From: Bacteroidales bacterium
Lineage (GTDB): Bacteria; Bacteroidota; Bacteroidia; Bacteroidales; GWF2-38-335
NCBI GenBank assembly: GCA_016936815.1
Contig: JAFGXD010000029.1
Coordinates: forward strand, 482-64,481
DNA: 64,000 bases
Reading direction: 5' to 3'
Position numbers and translations under genes: made by a program
Shown: positions 50,388-60,900 of the stretch, piece by piece
Numbering within the stretch: the first letter of the stretch is position 1
How the letters are laid out: each line of letters opens with the position of its first letter
Notes under the pieces: model-generated
What the model saw: only the letters and a program-made list of their open reading frames with translations
What the model was told of the DNA's origin: nothing
Databases searched by the model: none

Positions 50388-50512
50388 CAAAAACCAGAGT
50401 CTTTGTCATGTGAAATAGAAAATGTAATTTTGCATGGTTTAATTGAGATTAAAAATATCCTAAAAAACTGTTAAAAATGATTAAGGTCATATAACATGCT
50501 ATAGAAACAATG

Positions 50513-50520
50513 TACTTTTG
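50513..50520 (+). promoter_or_regulatory. -7 box TACTTTTG
   Basis: TAnnTTTG consensus about 37 nt upstream of ATG 50558. Confidence 0.5.
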
Positions 50521-50557
50521 TATTTCTTATTTATAAATTAAAATAATTAAAAAGCCT

Positions 50558-53500
50558 ATGAGAAAAATTAAATTTACTTTATTGATGCTAATTGCATTTA
50601 TCGGATTTTCGGTGAATGTTAATGCACAATATTTTACGGAAGATTTCGAGAATGCTGGAGCCTTTCCTACGGGATGGACTCTAACTAACGGAACTGATGA
50701 TTGGGACATTGATATGGGGAACGATTATGGCCCCGGTTCTGCCCAAGAAGGCACTTATTGTGCTTTTTTTAATGATTATGATTATACAGCTGGAGTAACA
50801 GCGGACATGATTAGTCCTGTTATTAATCTTTCAGGAGCTACAGCACCTGAGCTTAAGTTTTGGTATTGGGATAGTGGTGGATCTGACGTTGTAGAAGTTT
50901 TAGTATCCACTGATGGAACAACCTATACCTCTGTTTATACAACTGCTGGTACAGTTAGTCCATGGACTGAGATTACTGTAGATTTGACAAGCTATGCTGG
51001 AGAATCTAATTTCACTATTGCCTTTAGAGGTCTAAGTGTATGGGGTACTTCTAATCCTCATGTTGATAATATTGTTATTGCAGAGCCACCATCATGTCCT
51101 GCACCTTCTGCTTTAACTGTAGCAAATATTACTGGAACAGGTGCTGACTTAGGTTGGACTGAAAATGGTTTGGAATCAGCATGGAATATTGAATATGGTG
51201 TGACTGGTTTTACTCTAGGAACTGGAACAGAAATAGCTGCCAGTACTAATCCTTATTCTATTTCAGGACTAGCCCTTAGCACAACTTATGATTTTTATGT
51301 TCAGGCCTATTGTGATGTAACAGACCAGAGCGTTTGGGTTGGCCCATTATCTTTTACTACATTGTGTGGTGTAATTTCGCCAGATTATTTAGCTGATTTC
51401 ACAACATTTCTTCCAAATTGCTGGGATGAAAATGAAGGTCCAATTACGGGTCCAACAGGAACACCAGGAATTGGCGGTTGGGGAGCTGATGGTTTTGGTA
51501 ATGTTGGTACAACTGGTGCTGCAAAATTCAATTTATACAATATTGGTGATCAGGATTGGTTGATTTCACCTGAATTTGATTTATCTTCAGGTGGTTATGA
51601 AATAAATGTTGATGCTGCTGTTTGCGCTTGGAATACTACAAGTGCAAGTGCTATGGGTTCTGATGACGAAGTTCAAATTCTTTACACTACTGATGGAACT
51701 ACTTGGAATAGTTTATATACATGGAATGCAGGTAATGTTCCTTCAAATACAGGCTCTAATGTAACAATTGATATTTCTGCAATTACAGGTTCAAATGTAA
51801 CTTTTGCAATTTGGGTTAATGAAGGTACAACTGATGATACAGAAGACTATGACTTTTTCATTGATAACTTTGCTGTAAGAACTCCTCCTGCTTGCCCAGA
51901 ACCTACTGCTCTTACAGCAACAAATATTACCCAAACTTCAGCAGATCTTGGCTGGACAGTTGGTGATTCAGAAACTAGCTGGAATATTGAGTGGGGATTA
52001 CAAGGGTTTACTCTCGGAACTGGAACTCCGGTTGCAGGAACTGGTGACAATCCTTATTCTCTTAGCGGGTTATCTGCTGCTACAAGCTACGACTTCTACG
52101 TCCAGGCCTATTGTAGTGTAACAGAGCAAAGTACATGGGTTGGTCCGCTTACCTTCTCAACCGAATGTGATGTTTTTGCTCTTCCTTTTACTGAAACTTT
52201 CGATGGCACTGATTTTCCTTTGTGTTGGTCACAAACTATTGAAGGCGCATTAACATCAAATAGATGGTCTGTTAATTCAGGTAATGCTGCCGGCGGTGAT
52301 GCTAATGAAATGATTGCAAGCTTTCAATTTACTACTGGGATTTCTAGATTAATTACCCCAGGCATAAACACTAGTGGTGAAACAGAAGTAGAACTTTCTT
52401 TCCTTACTTATTACGATGATTATGCTGCAGGAGCTACTCTTAAAATTCAATCAAGTACCGATGGAATAACTTGGACTGATGAAGCATATTCTTACGTTAC
52501 AGGAAGTGGAAATATACCAACCGGAACAACTATTACTGTTCCTATTACAAGTAATGTTGGAGCTACTACTTACATTGCTTTTGTAATAGAAGGAAACCAC
52601 GCACAAATTGATTACTGGTATGTTGATAATGTGTCTATTCATACACCTCCTGTAACTCCAGAACTAACTTGGGATGCTACAACTTTCACAGAAGCTGTTG
52701 CTAACGATGGTTCTATTTCTACTGTTGTTAATCTTAGCTTAACCGATGAAACTTTTGCAACTACAGGCGACTTAACTGCTGCTACTCATTACAATGTTGC
52801 TAACGTTCCTGCCGGTCTTACAGTTGTTATTAATGCTTCAGATGCAAATACTGCAACTGTAACTTTAACAGGTAACGCTGCTGCTCACGAAAATGCAAAC
52901 GATGTAACTGATATGGAAATTACTTTCCTTGATGCTGCATTTACAGGTGGTGTTGCTGCTGATGTTACAGGCTACACTCAAACTGCATTGGTTGTTGATT
53001 TCGAAGATGCTGCTCCGGTTGTTGCTCTTATTATTAACGAGGTTGATGCCGACCAGAATAGTACTGATGGTAATGAATTTATTGAATTATTCGACGGTGG
53101 AGTTGGTAATACTTCTCTTGATGGATACTCCATTGTTCTTTATAATGGTGGAACTACAGACCTCTCTTATGATGCAATTGATTTAACAGGATATTCTACA
53201 GATGCTGAAGGCTATTTTGTAATTGGTAGTGCTACAGTTCCAAACGTAGATTTGGTAGCCTTTACTACTAACAGCATTCAAAATGGTCAAGATGCAGTTG
53301 CTCTGTATTATGATGTGGCTACAAATTTCCCTGACGGTTCTGCTATTACTACAACAAACCTTGTTGACGCATTGGTTTACGGAACCGATGATCCGGATGA
53401 TGCCGAACTACAGGTGCTTCTAAACGCAGGTCAACCTCAAATTAGTGAAGGTACTAGTTCAACTGCTCCATTCTATTCTTGCTCAAGAATACCAAACGGT

Positions 53501-55123
53501 TCAGGTGGTGCTAGAAATACCGATACTTATGCTCAGGCCATACCAACTCCTGGTGCTTCTAACCAAGCTATTCCGGTTTTAACCTGGGATGCTACTACTT
53601 TTGTTGAAGCTGTTGCTAACGATGGTTCTGTTTCTACTGTTGTTAACTTAAGTCTTGCTGACGAAACTTTTGCTACTGTTGGAGCTCTTACTGCTACAAC
53701 TGACTTTACTGTTGCTAATGTTCCTACAGGTTTAACAGTTGAAATTACAACTTCTAGTGCAACTGAAGCTACTGTTTCTTTAACAGGAAATGCTGCTGCT
53801 CATGCTAATATTGATGATGTTGCAAATATGGAAATTACTTTTACTGATGCTGCATTTACTTCAATAACTGCAAACCTTGTTACAGGTTCTTCTCAAACTG
53901 CTTTGGTTGTTGATTTTAACGATCCAGATCCAGCTCAACTTGCTTGGGATGCTACTACTTTTGTAGAAGCTGCTGCTAACGATGGTACTATTGAAACTGT
54001 TGTTAATCTTACTCTTACCGATGAAACATTTGTTACTGTTGGAGCTCTTACTGCTACAACCGACTTTAATGTTGCAAACGTTCCTGCAGGTTTAACAGTT
54101 GAAATTACTACTTCAAGTGCTACAGAAGCTACTGTTTCTTTAACAGGAAGTGCTGCTGCCCATGAAAATGCAGATGATATTGCAAATATGGAAATTACTT
54201 TCCTTGATGCTGCTTTCACAGGTGGTGTTGCTGCTGATGTTGTGGGTTACTCACAAACTACTTTAGCAGTTGATTTTAACGATGCTGTAGTTCTTACTAC
54301 TGACCTTACTATCGTTTTCCCTGAAGCTGAAAACTATGTTTGCGACTTCGACGGAACTGATACTATTCCAATCGCTATCATGAATATTGGCGAAACTACA
54401 ATTGCTTCAGGTTCTACAATTAACATTTTCTACCAATTCGACGGTGGTCCTGTTGTTAGCGATGCTATTGTTCTTGCAAGCGACCTTGCTCCAACCGAAA
54501 CAGTAATGGATTTGTTTGATGCTGAAGAAGACCTTGCTTCACCAGCAACTTATAACTGGACTATGTGGCTTGAGTTTGCAGACGACGATGTTGCTGCTAA
54601 CAACACTATTACAGGTATTCTAGTTTCTTACGATGTTATGGTTGACCTGGGTGGAGTAAACGATACTATTACTGTTTCTGCTTACCCAACTACTCTTGAT
54701 GCCGGTACTCATCCTTACACTGCTACTTATTTGTGGGGGGATATGTCAACTAACCAAACTCTAACAGTTACCGCTGATGGTTGGTATGGTGTTGTTGTTG
54801 AGGACGAAAACGGATGTTGGGACGAAGATTCAGTTTACGTTATTTTAGATGTTAACGTAAGTGATGTTGAAGCTTCTACAGTATTTAATGTTTATCCAAA
54901 CCCAAACAAAGGTATCTTTACTTACGAAATTAACACTACCGCTTCAGAAAACATGGTTGTTGAGTTAACTAATGTTCATGGACAGGTTGTTTATTCACGT
55001 GAAGAAAATGCTGTTTCTGTTCTTACAGAAGAAATCGACATTCGCTCATTTGCTGATGGCGTTTACTTCCTTAAAGTTAGAACTCAAACTCAGAACCTCG
55101 TTAAGAAAATTGTTGTACAATAA
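50558..55123 (+). CDS. Acidic T9SS type A surface protein: cleaved-adhesin-like domains, two FN3 domains, lamin-tail-like domain, three ~120-aa repeats
   Basis: FTEDFE..FP.GW and DWLISP motifs; CPAP/CPEP FN3 units; INEVDADQ..EFIELFD; VYPNP...GVYFL CTD. Confidence 0.88.
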   Translation: MRKIKFTLLMLIAFIGFSVNVNAQYFTEDFENAGAFPTGWTLTNGTDDWDIDMGNDYGPGSAQEGTYCAFFNDYDYTAGVTADMISPVINLSGATAPELKFWYWDSGGSDVVEVLVSTDGTTYTSVYTTAGTVSPWTEITVDLTSYAGESNFTIAFRGLSVWGTSNPHVDNIVIAEPPSCPAPSALTVANITGTGADLGWTENGLESAWNIEYGVTGFTLGTGTEIAASTNPYSISGLALSTTYDFYVQAYCDVTDQSVWVGPLSFTTLCGVISPDYLADFTTFLPNCWDENEGPITGPTGTPGIGGWGADGFGNVGTTGAAKFNLYNIGDQDWLISPEFDLSSGGYEINVDAAVCAWNTTSASAMGSDDEVQILYTTDGTTWNSLYTWNAGNVPSNTGSNVTIDISAITGSNVTFAIWVNEGTTDDTEDYDFFIDNFAVRTPPACPEPTALTATNITQTSADLGWTVGDSETSWNIEWGLQGFTLGTGTPVAGTGDNPYSLSGLSAATSYDFYVQAYCSVTEQSTWVGPLTFSTECDVFALPFTETFDGTDFPLCWSQTIEGALTSNRWSVNSGNAAGGDANEMIASFQFTTGISRLITPGINTSGETEVELSFLTYYDDYAAGATLKIQSSTDGITWTDEAYSYVTGSGNIPTGTTITVPITSNVGATTYIAFVIEGNHAQIDYWYVDNVSIHTPPVTPELTWDATTFTEAVANDGSISTVVNLSLTDETFATTGDLTAATHYNVANVPAGLTVVINASDANTATVTLTGNAAAHENANDVTDMEITFLDAAFTGGVAADVTGYTQTALVVDFEDAAPVVALIINEVDADQNSTDGNEFIELFDGGVGNTSLDGYSIVLYNGGTTDLSYDAIDLTGYSTDAEGYFVIGSATVPNVDLVAFTTNSIQNGQDAVALYYDVATNFPDGSAITTTNLVDALVYGTDDPDDAELQVLLNAGQPQISEGTSSTAPFYSCSRIPNGSGGARNTDTYAQAIPTPGASNQAIPVLTWDATTFVEAVANDGSVSTVVNLSLADETFATVGALTATTDFTVANVPTGLTVEITTSSATEATVSLTGNAAAHANIDDVANMEITFTDAAFTSITANLVTGSSQTALVVDFNDPDPAQLAWDATTFVEAAANDGTIETVVNLTLTDETFVTVGALTATTDFNVANVPAGLTVEITTSSATEATVSLTGSAAAHENADDIANMEITFLDAAFTGGVAADVVGYSQTTLAVDFNDAVVLTTDLTIVFPEAENYVCDFDGTDTIPIAIMNIGETTIASGSTINIFYQFDGGPVVSDAIVLASDLAPTETVMDLFDAEEDLASPATYNWTMWLEFADDDVAANNTITGILVSYDVMVDLGGVNDTITVSAYPTTLDAGTHPYTATYLWGDMSTNQTLTVTADGWYGVVVEDENGCWDEDSVYVILDVNVSDVEASTVFNVYPNPNKGIFTYEINTTASENMVVELTNVHGQVVYSREENAVSVLTEEIDIRSFADGVYFLKVRTQTQNLVKKIVVQ
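52670..54290 (+). repeat. Three ~340-360 bp intragenic repeats
   Basis: Units begin TGGGATGCTAC at 52670, 53585 and 53945 and encode WDATTF.EA.ANDG...VDF. Copies 2 and 3 are in exact 360-nt tandem. Confidence 0.9.
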
Positions 55124-55140
55124 TTCTTATCATAGCTAAT

Positions 55141-55177
55141 AAAAAGAGCTGTTTCCTAGAGACAGCTCTTTTTTTTT
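55141..55177 (+). terminator. Rho-independent terminator
   Basis: AAAAAGAGCTGTTT-loop-AGACAGCTCTTTTT followed by further Ts. Confidence 0.88.
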
Positions 55178-55220
55178 CTTTTAATCGTAGCTTTTGGGTA
55201 CTTTTGTAGAAAAATTAATT

Positions 55221-56972
55221 ATGAAATGTTTTAGTCTTTTATTATTAGTAATAATTAGTTTGATTGGATTCTCGCAAACTAAAGAGGAGATATGCAAAGA
55301 AGATATTAGTTTGCACCTGAATTTTCTGGCCGGAGATTCACTTAAGGGCAGATATCCGGGAACTCTCGAAGATAAACTTGCGGCTGAATATATTAAGAGC
55401 TCCTTTAAAAACTTTGGTCTAAAACCACTTTTTAAGGACTTTCTTCAGCCATTTACTATTCTTGTTGATGTTGAACCAGGTCAATACAATTCATTGGAAT
55501 TTGGAGAAAAGAAATTCAAATTGGAAAAGGATTTTATTCCTCTGTCGTTTTCTGCTAATTTAACTTTAGCAACTGAAGCTGTTTTTGTAGGTTATGGTTT
55601 TGATGTTGAACAAGATAATTTTAAATGGAACGATTACGAAAATGCTAATTGCAAAAACAAATGGGTAATTGTTCTAAAAGGATTTCCTGAAATAAAAGGA
55701 GAAAATCCATTAACAGCTTTTGCCAGATTAAGAAACAAGGTTACTGTTGCAAAAGATTATGGTGCAGCAGGAGTAATTTTTGTTTCAGGAGTAAAATATG
55801 AAAAGCAAGATGTTTTGTCAGGAATTTTTTACGACAGAATAGGAGCAGATTCGGGAATTCCTGTAATTCAAATTACTAGAAAAACAGCAAATACTATTCT
55901 TGGAGGAATTTCTGATACATTAAAGATTGAAGTTTTGGAAAAACAGATTGACGAATCCAAAAAACCTATAGTATTTGACGTCTCGAAGAAAATTTCTGCC
56001 CAAACGGAGATAATAAAAAGAACGGCAACAACTTACAATGTAGTAGGCTTAATAGAAGGAAAAAGTTCTGTTCTAAAAACTAAATATATTGTTATAGGAG
56101 CTCATTACGATCATCTCGGTTTTGGAGGGCCGGGCACAGGAAGTCGTAATCCCGACACGTTGGCAATTCATTACGGTGCAGATGATAATGCTTCGGGAAC
56201 AGTTGGAATAATGGAATTGGCAGAAATACTATGTTCAGAAAAAACAAACCATTCTGTAATTATAGTAGCTTTTGGAGCCGAAGAAATGGGGCTTTTAGGA
56301 AGTAAGCATTTTATGGAAAACTTGCCAGTTGATAAGAAAGATATTTCATTAATGATAAATTTGGATATGATTGGTAGATTGGAAAAATCGTTTACTATTG
56401 GGGGAACAGGAACGGCCGTGGAATTCGATTCAATTTTAAATACAATAAGTACGGAAACTCAATTTTTTAAGAGTCCTGAAGGTTATGGTCCTTCCGATCA
56501 TGCTTCTTTTTACTCCGAGAATATTCCGGTTTTATATTTTAATTCAGGTATTCATACAGATTATCATACACCCGAAGATAAGATTGAAAAGATTAATCAG
56601 GAAGGAATGAAAATAATTCTTGATTTTGTTTATAATGTATTTAAACAAACTGATAAATCTGATAACAGATTATCGTTTAAAGAAGCTGGTTCTAAAACTC
56701 AATCGAAACAACAAAATTTGAAAGTAACCCTTGGGATAATACCCGATTTTGGAGGTGCAAAAGAAGGTCTAGGAATAGGCGGAGTGAAAAAGGGTGGCCC
56801 GGCAGAAGCGGCAGGACTGAAAAAAGGAGATATAATTAAATCTATAAATGGCAATAAGGTTGGGGATATTTATGAGTATATGCAAAGGCTTTCGAAACTA
56901 AAAGAAGGAGAGACTGCTATTTTAGAGATAGAAAGAAATTTGGAAAAAATTGTAGTGTTGGTGCAGTTGTAA
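55221..56972 (+). CDS. M28 family aminopeptidase with PA and PDZ domains
   Basis: GAHYDHLG, GADDNASG, AEEMGLLGS, NLDMIGR, SDH and YH motifs; C-terminal LGI.P...GPAE.AGL..GDII PDZ. Start at ATG 55221. Confidence 0.92.
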   Translation: MKCFSLLLLVIISLIGFSQTKEEICKEDISLHLNFLAGDSLKGRYPGTLEDKLAAEYIKSSFKNFGLKPLFKDFLQPFTILVDVEPGQYNSLEFGEKKFKLEKDFIPLSFSANLTLATEAVFVGYGFDVEQDNFKWNDYENANCKNKWVIVLKGFPEIKGENPLTAFARLRNKVTVAKDYGAAGVIFVSGVKYEKQDVLSGIFYDRIGADSGIPVIQITRKTANTILGGISDTLKIEVLEKQIDESKKPIVFDVSKKISAQTEIIKRTATTYNVVGLIEGKSSVLKTKYIVIGAHYDHLGFGGPGTGSRNPDTLAIHYGADDNASGTVGIMELAEILCSEKTNHSVIIVAFGAEEMGLLGSKHFMENLPVDKKDISLMINLDMIGRLEKSFTIGGTGTAVEFDSILNTISTETQFFKSPEGYGPSDHASFYSENIPVLYFNSGIHTDYHTPEDKIEKINQEGMKIILDFVYNVFKQTDKSDNRLSFKEAGSKTQSKQQNLKVTLGIIPDFGGAKEGLGIGGVKKGGPAEAAGLKKGDIIKSINGNKVGDIYEYMQRLSKLKEGETAILEIERNLEKIVVLVQL

Positions 56973-57053
56973 CATCTCACATTAATAATTTTACCACTTC
57001 AATACCATAAAAAAATTAATAGTTTCATCCTATTCGAGAATAAAACCATACGC

Positions 57054-57995
57054 TTATATCTTCGGTCTGGTTTTAGATTGCTTTATTTTATTAAATCTTG
57101 CAACAACCATTATTTCATGTGTGCCACTTGTGTAATTCTTTAAATCCGAAAAAATAAGGTCGTAGGAATAGCCAAAATACATCTGGTTTTCGTAGTTGTA
57201 GCCAATCATTATTGGCATAGATTTTTCATGAGTTCTGAATGAAAAGCCCAACCAAACCATGTTTTTGTAGGTGGTTTTAAGGTTTATTTCAAATTCATAA
57301 GGGGTAGGAGCCATTTTCTTAATTAAAAATCCGGGCTCAAGAAGAAAATCATCGTTAATTTTATATTTGTATCCTCCCATTAAGAAAAAGTGGTTTTTTA
57401 GCCTGTTTAGCCCTCCCTGTGTTAGGGTTTCATTATATACATTATCATATAATTTTACTTTTCCTCCTAAAAGTTGTCCGGTAGAAAACCCTGCATAATA
57501 AGTATTTGAATACAAATACATTCCAAAAGTTGCATCGGGCACATAATCTACATACATAACTTCATTGTAGTAATCTCCATCATCGTGCCAGGTTATCTTA
57601 GAACCATCTATTTTAAACTGAAGTAGTCCCGCAGAAAGTCCAAACGATAATCGTATATCATTTTGAATACGAATATTATAAGCGTAAGCACCTTGAAAAC
57701 CTGTTCTGGAAGTTGGTCCTGTAACATCGTTGTAAACCATTCCTCCAAAACCCATGTCTTGCTTTTTATGTGGCCCATAAATACTTAGTATATAAGTTTT
57801 TGGAGCATCAACAATTCCACTCCACTGGTAACGGTTGTTTAATCTGGCCTGATAATACTCATGTGTTCCTGTTATAGCAGGGTTGAAGGCAAAGTCGTTA
57901 AGCATGTATTGAGAATACATTTGAATCTGTTGAGCCTGAACTTGTACAATTCCGGTAATCAACAACAACGGCAATATATATTTTAGTAATTTCAT
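57054..57995 (-). CDS. Type IX secretion system membrane protein PorP/SprF family
   Basis: SQYMLN...NPAITG, RYQWSGI..APKT and GYSYD...GTHE motifs; directly downstream of a type B CTD gene. Confidence 0.93.
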   Translation of the reverse strand: MKLLKYILPLLLITGIVQVQAQQIQMYSQYMLNDFAFNPAITGTHEYYQARLNNRYQWSGIVDAPKTYILSIYGPHKKQDMGFGGMVYNDVTGPTSRTGFQGAYAYNIRIQNDIRLSFGLSAGLLQFKIDGSKITWHDDGDYYNEVMYVDYVPDATFGMYLYSNTYYAGFSTGQLLGGKVKLYDNVYNETLTQGGLNRLKNHFFLMGGYKYKINDDFLLEPGFLIKKMAPTPYEFEINLKTTYKNMVWLGFSFRTHEKSMPIMIGYNYENQMYFGYSYDLIFSDLKNYTSGTHEIMVVARFNKIKQSKTRPKI

Positions 57996-57996
57996 A

Positions 57997-60900
57997 TTAT
58001 CTGATAATTGTTATTGGACCGGTAACCGGTTTTGTTCCCATTTCATTATAGAAATCAATTGTAAAATAATACGTTCCTACAGGCAAATCTTTTCCATTAA
58101 ATGTTCCGTCCCACTGGTTGCTTCTTTGTTCGTAACCTGCTCCGGAACCCGCATATTCAAATAGTTTCTCTCCCCATCTATTGTAAATTGTAATGTGCAC
58201 TTGTTCAAAGAAACCAATGTAATCTATTTCCCAGGTATCGTTTAAATTATCTCCATTGGGCGAAATACCGGTTGGGAAAATTATTTTTGGTATAACTTTT
58301 ACTTTAACGGTGTCTATTCTTGTGCAACCATCTGGAGAGGTTGTTAAAAGATAAAATTCAGTCGTTACAAGTGGCGTTACTGTTGGGTTCATGCTTGTTG
58401 GGTCGTCAATTACTCCCGGATATTCTACCGAATCGCTATAAAACCAAAGGAAGGTGAGACCGTCGTTTCCGAAATTGTCTATATTTAAGGTAGTCGAATA
58501 ATCAAGCAAAACAATACTGTCGGTAGCCCATGCAAGTACTTCAATTTGAGGTCTTACAAAAACCAATGCAGAATCTACATCGAAACAACTTCCTGTTGAA
58601 TCCCAAGCTGTAAAATAATACATTGTGGTTGTAAGTGGACTTGCCCACGGGTCGTATATTAGTGAATCGCTTAAACCGTAAGCAGGTGCCCAATAAATAC
58701 TATCGCCTCCGTATCCGAATAATTGAACTGAATCGCCGTAACAAATTATTGTGTCTGCCAATGCCAGAGCATCAACTACAATGCCTGCTCCTGTAGAAAC
58801 AGAATCTTCCATTGAACAACCGTTTGCATCAATAATTGTAATGTAATATGTTCCGGACTCAAGACTGTCTATGCTTTGACTTGTACTGTCGTTGGACCAT
58901 AAATATGTGTAGGGAGCTGTTCCTCCTGTTACCAATACATTTATTGAAGCATCAAAGCTATTGTTGCTGCAAAGTGCTGTATCTACAACAAAATTTGCAT
59001 CTAATGGATCCGGTGATGAAACTGTATAATTAAGATTTCTTATGCAACCATTTGCATCACTAACTTCCACTTCAACATAGCCGGGACAAAGGTTTATTTC
59101 GGTACTGTCAACTCCTCCAGTGGTCCACAAATAATTGTATGGTGATACTCCTCCTATAGGTGTAACTGTTAACATTCCGTTGCATGAGTCGGCACAAAGC
59201 GGTGAAATACTGTCGGTGAAATTCACAAAAAGAGTATCCGGTTCAATAATATCTACCATTGCTTCTCGGCTACATGTGTTAATGTCGTAAACCGTTACAT
59301 AATAGGTTCCGGGACATAAATTTACTAATGTATCTGAAACTTCGCCGTTAACTATTTGACCTGTTGACCATTCAATTGTATATGGTGTGGTGCCTCCGGT
59401 TACAACAGCAACAAGCGAACCGTTGCAATCTCCTGCGCATTGCGGGTGCAAGGTATCTGTAATTGTTAGTAATAAGTTTGAGGTATCGGTTATTTCTATA
59501 CAAGAGAAGAATTCACATAAGTTAGCATCAATAACAGTTACACAGAAAATGCCTGCACATAGGCCAATCGCAGTAGAATCTGTCTGCCCGTCTTCCCAAA
59601 TATAAATGTAAGGTGGTGTTCCTCCAACAGGAGTTACTGTTGCTGAACCTGTGCACAAACCATCACAAAATACTTGTACAGTATCAGTAAATGTTGCATA
59701 TAAGCTATCAGGTTGAATTACTGTGTAAGAATCTGCTATTGTACAACCATAGTCGTCAGTAACTGTTACTGTGTGTGTTCCAGCAGGAAGACCTGTTGCA
59801 GTTTGCAGTGTATCACCATTTGACCATAGGTAGTGATAATTTGGAACTCCTCCCGAAGGTGTTGCTGTTGCTGTTCCTGTGCTGTCTCCGTAACAGTTTG
59901 TTGTTGTTCCCGATATTACCAGACTTAAAGGACTTAGCGGTTCATTAATTATTGTGCCGTCCGTATTTGTACAGCCATTTGCATCAGTAACTGTAACAGT
60001 GAAAGGACCTGCAGAAAGTCCTGTTAAATCTTCGTCAGTAAGGGTGTTAGACCATGAATAGGTATATGGCACTGTTCCTCCAGATACTTCCAAATCAATT
60101 TCACCATTGGTTTCTCCAAAACATACAACATTAGTGACGTTAAAGATCATTTCTATTGAGTCGGGCTGGGTTATTTCTACTGTTCCGGCAAGTCCGCAAC
60201 CATTAATATCTGTTACCACAACACTTGCTATACCTGCACACAAACCTGTTGCTGTTTGAGTGTTTTGTCCATCTCCCCAAGCCCATGATGCTGCTGCATC
60301 TCCACCAATAATATTTACTGTTGCTTCTCCATCACAAATTCCGTAGCAGGAAGCAGGAATTGAATCAAAATTCAGTGTTCCTACATCGGCATCAGATACA
60401 GAAGCGATATCTGAGGCTGTACAACCGTTTGCATCGGTTATAACTATTGTGTAGTTTCCAAAACTTAAATCTGAATATGTGTCAGTTCCGTCTCCGGTAA
60501 AACCATCGGGTGACCAATCGTAAGAGTAAGCCGTTGTACCTCCTACAACTGCGGCTACAACAGAACCATCTGCTATTCCACAATGAGAAGGTGAAATGGT
60601 AAAAGTAATTTCTATTGAATCGGGCTGATTTATTGTGTAGCTGTCTTCAGCAGTACATCCATTTGCATCGGTTACGGTAACATTGTATATTCCTGCAATA
60701 AGTCCTGAAATATCTTCTGTAAGTTCTGTATTCGACCATTCAAAAGTGTAAGGTGCTGTTCCGCCCGAAACAGTCATATCTATTGCTCCATCGTTACCTC
60801 CAAAGCAGTTTACATCAGTTCCTGTAAGCACAATATCTATTGGCAAAGGAGGTTGTGAAATAGTAATATTGTCGCTAGCTTCACAAGAATTATCGTCTGT

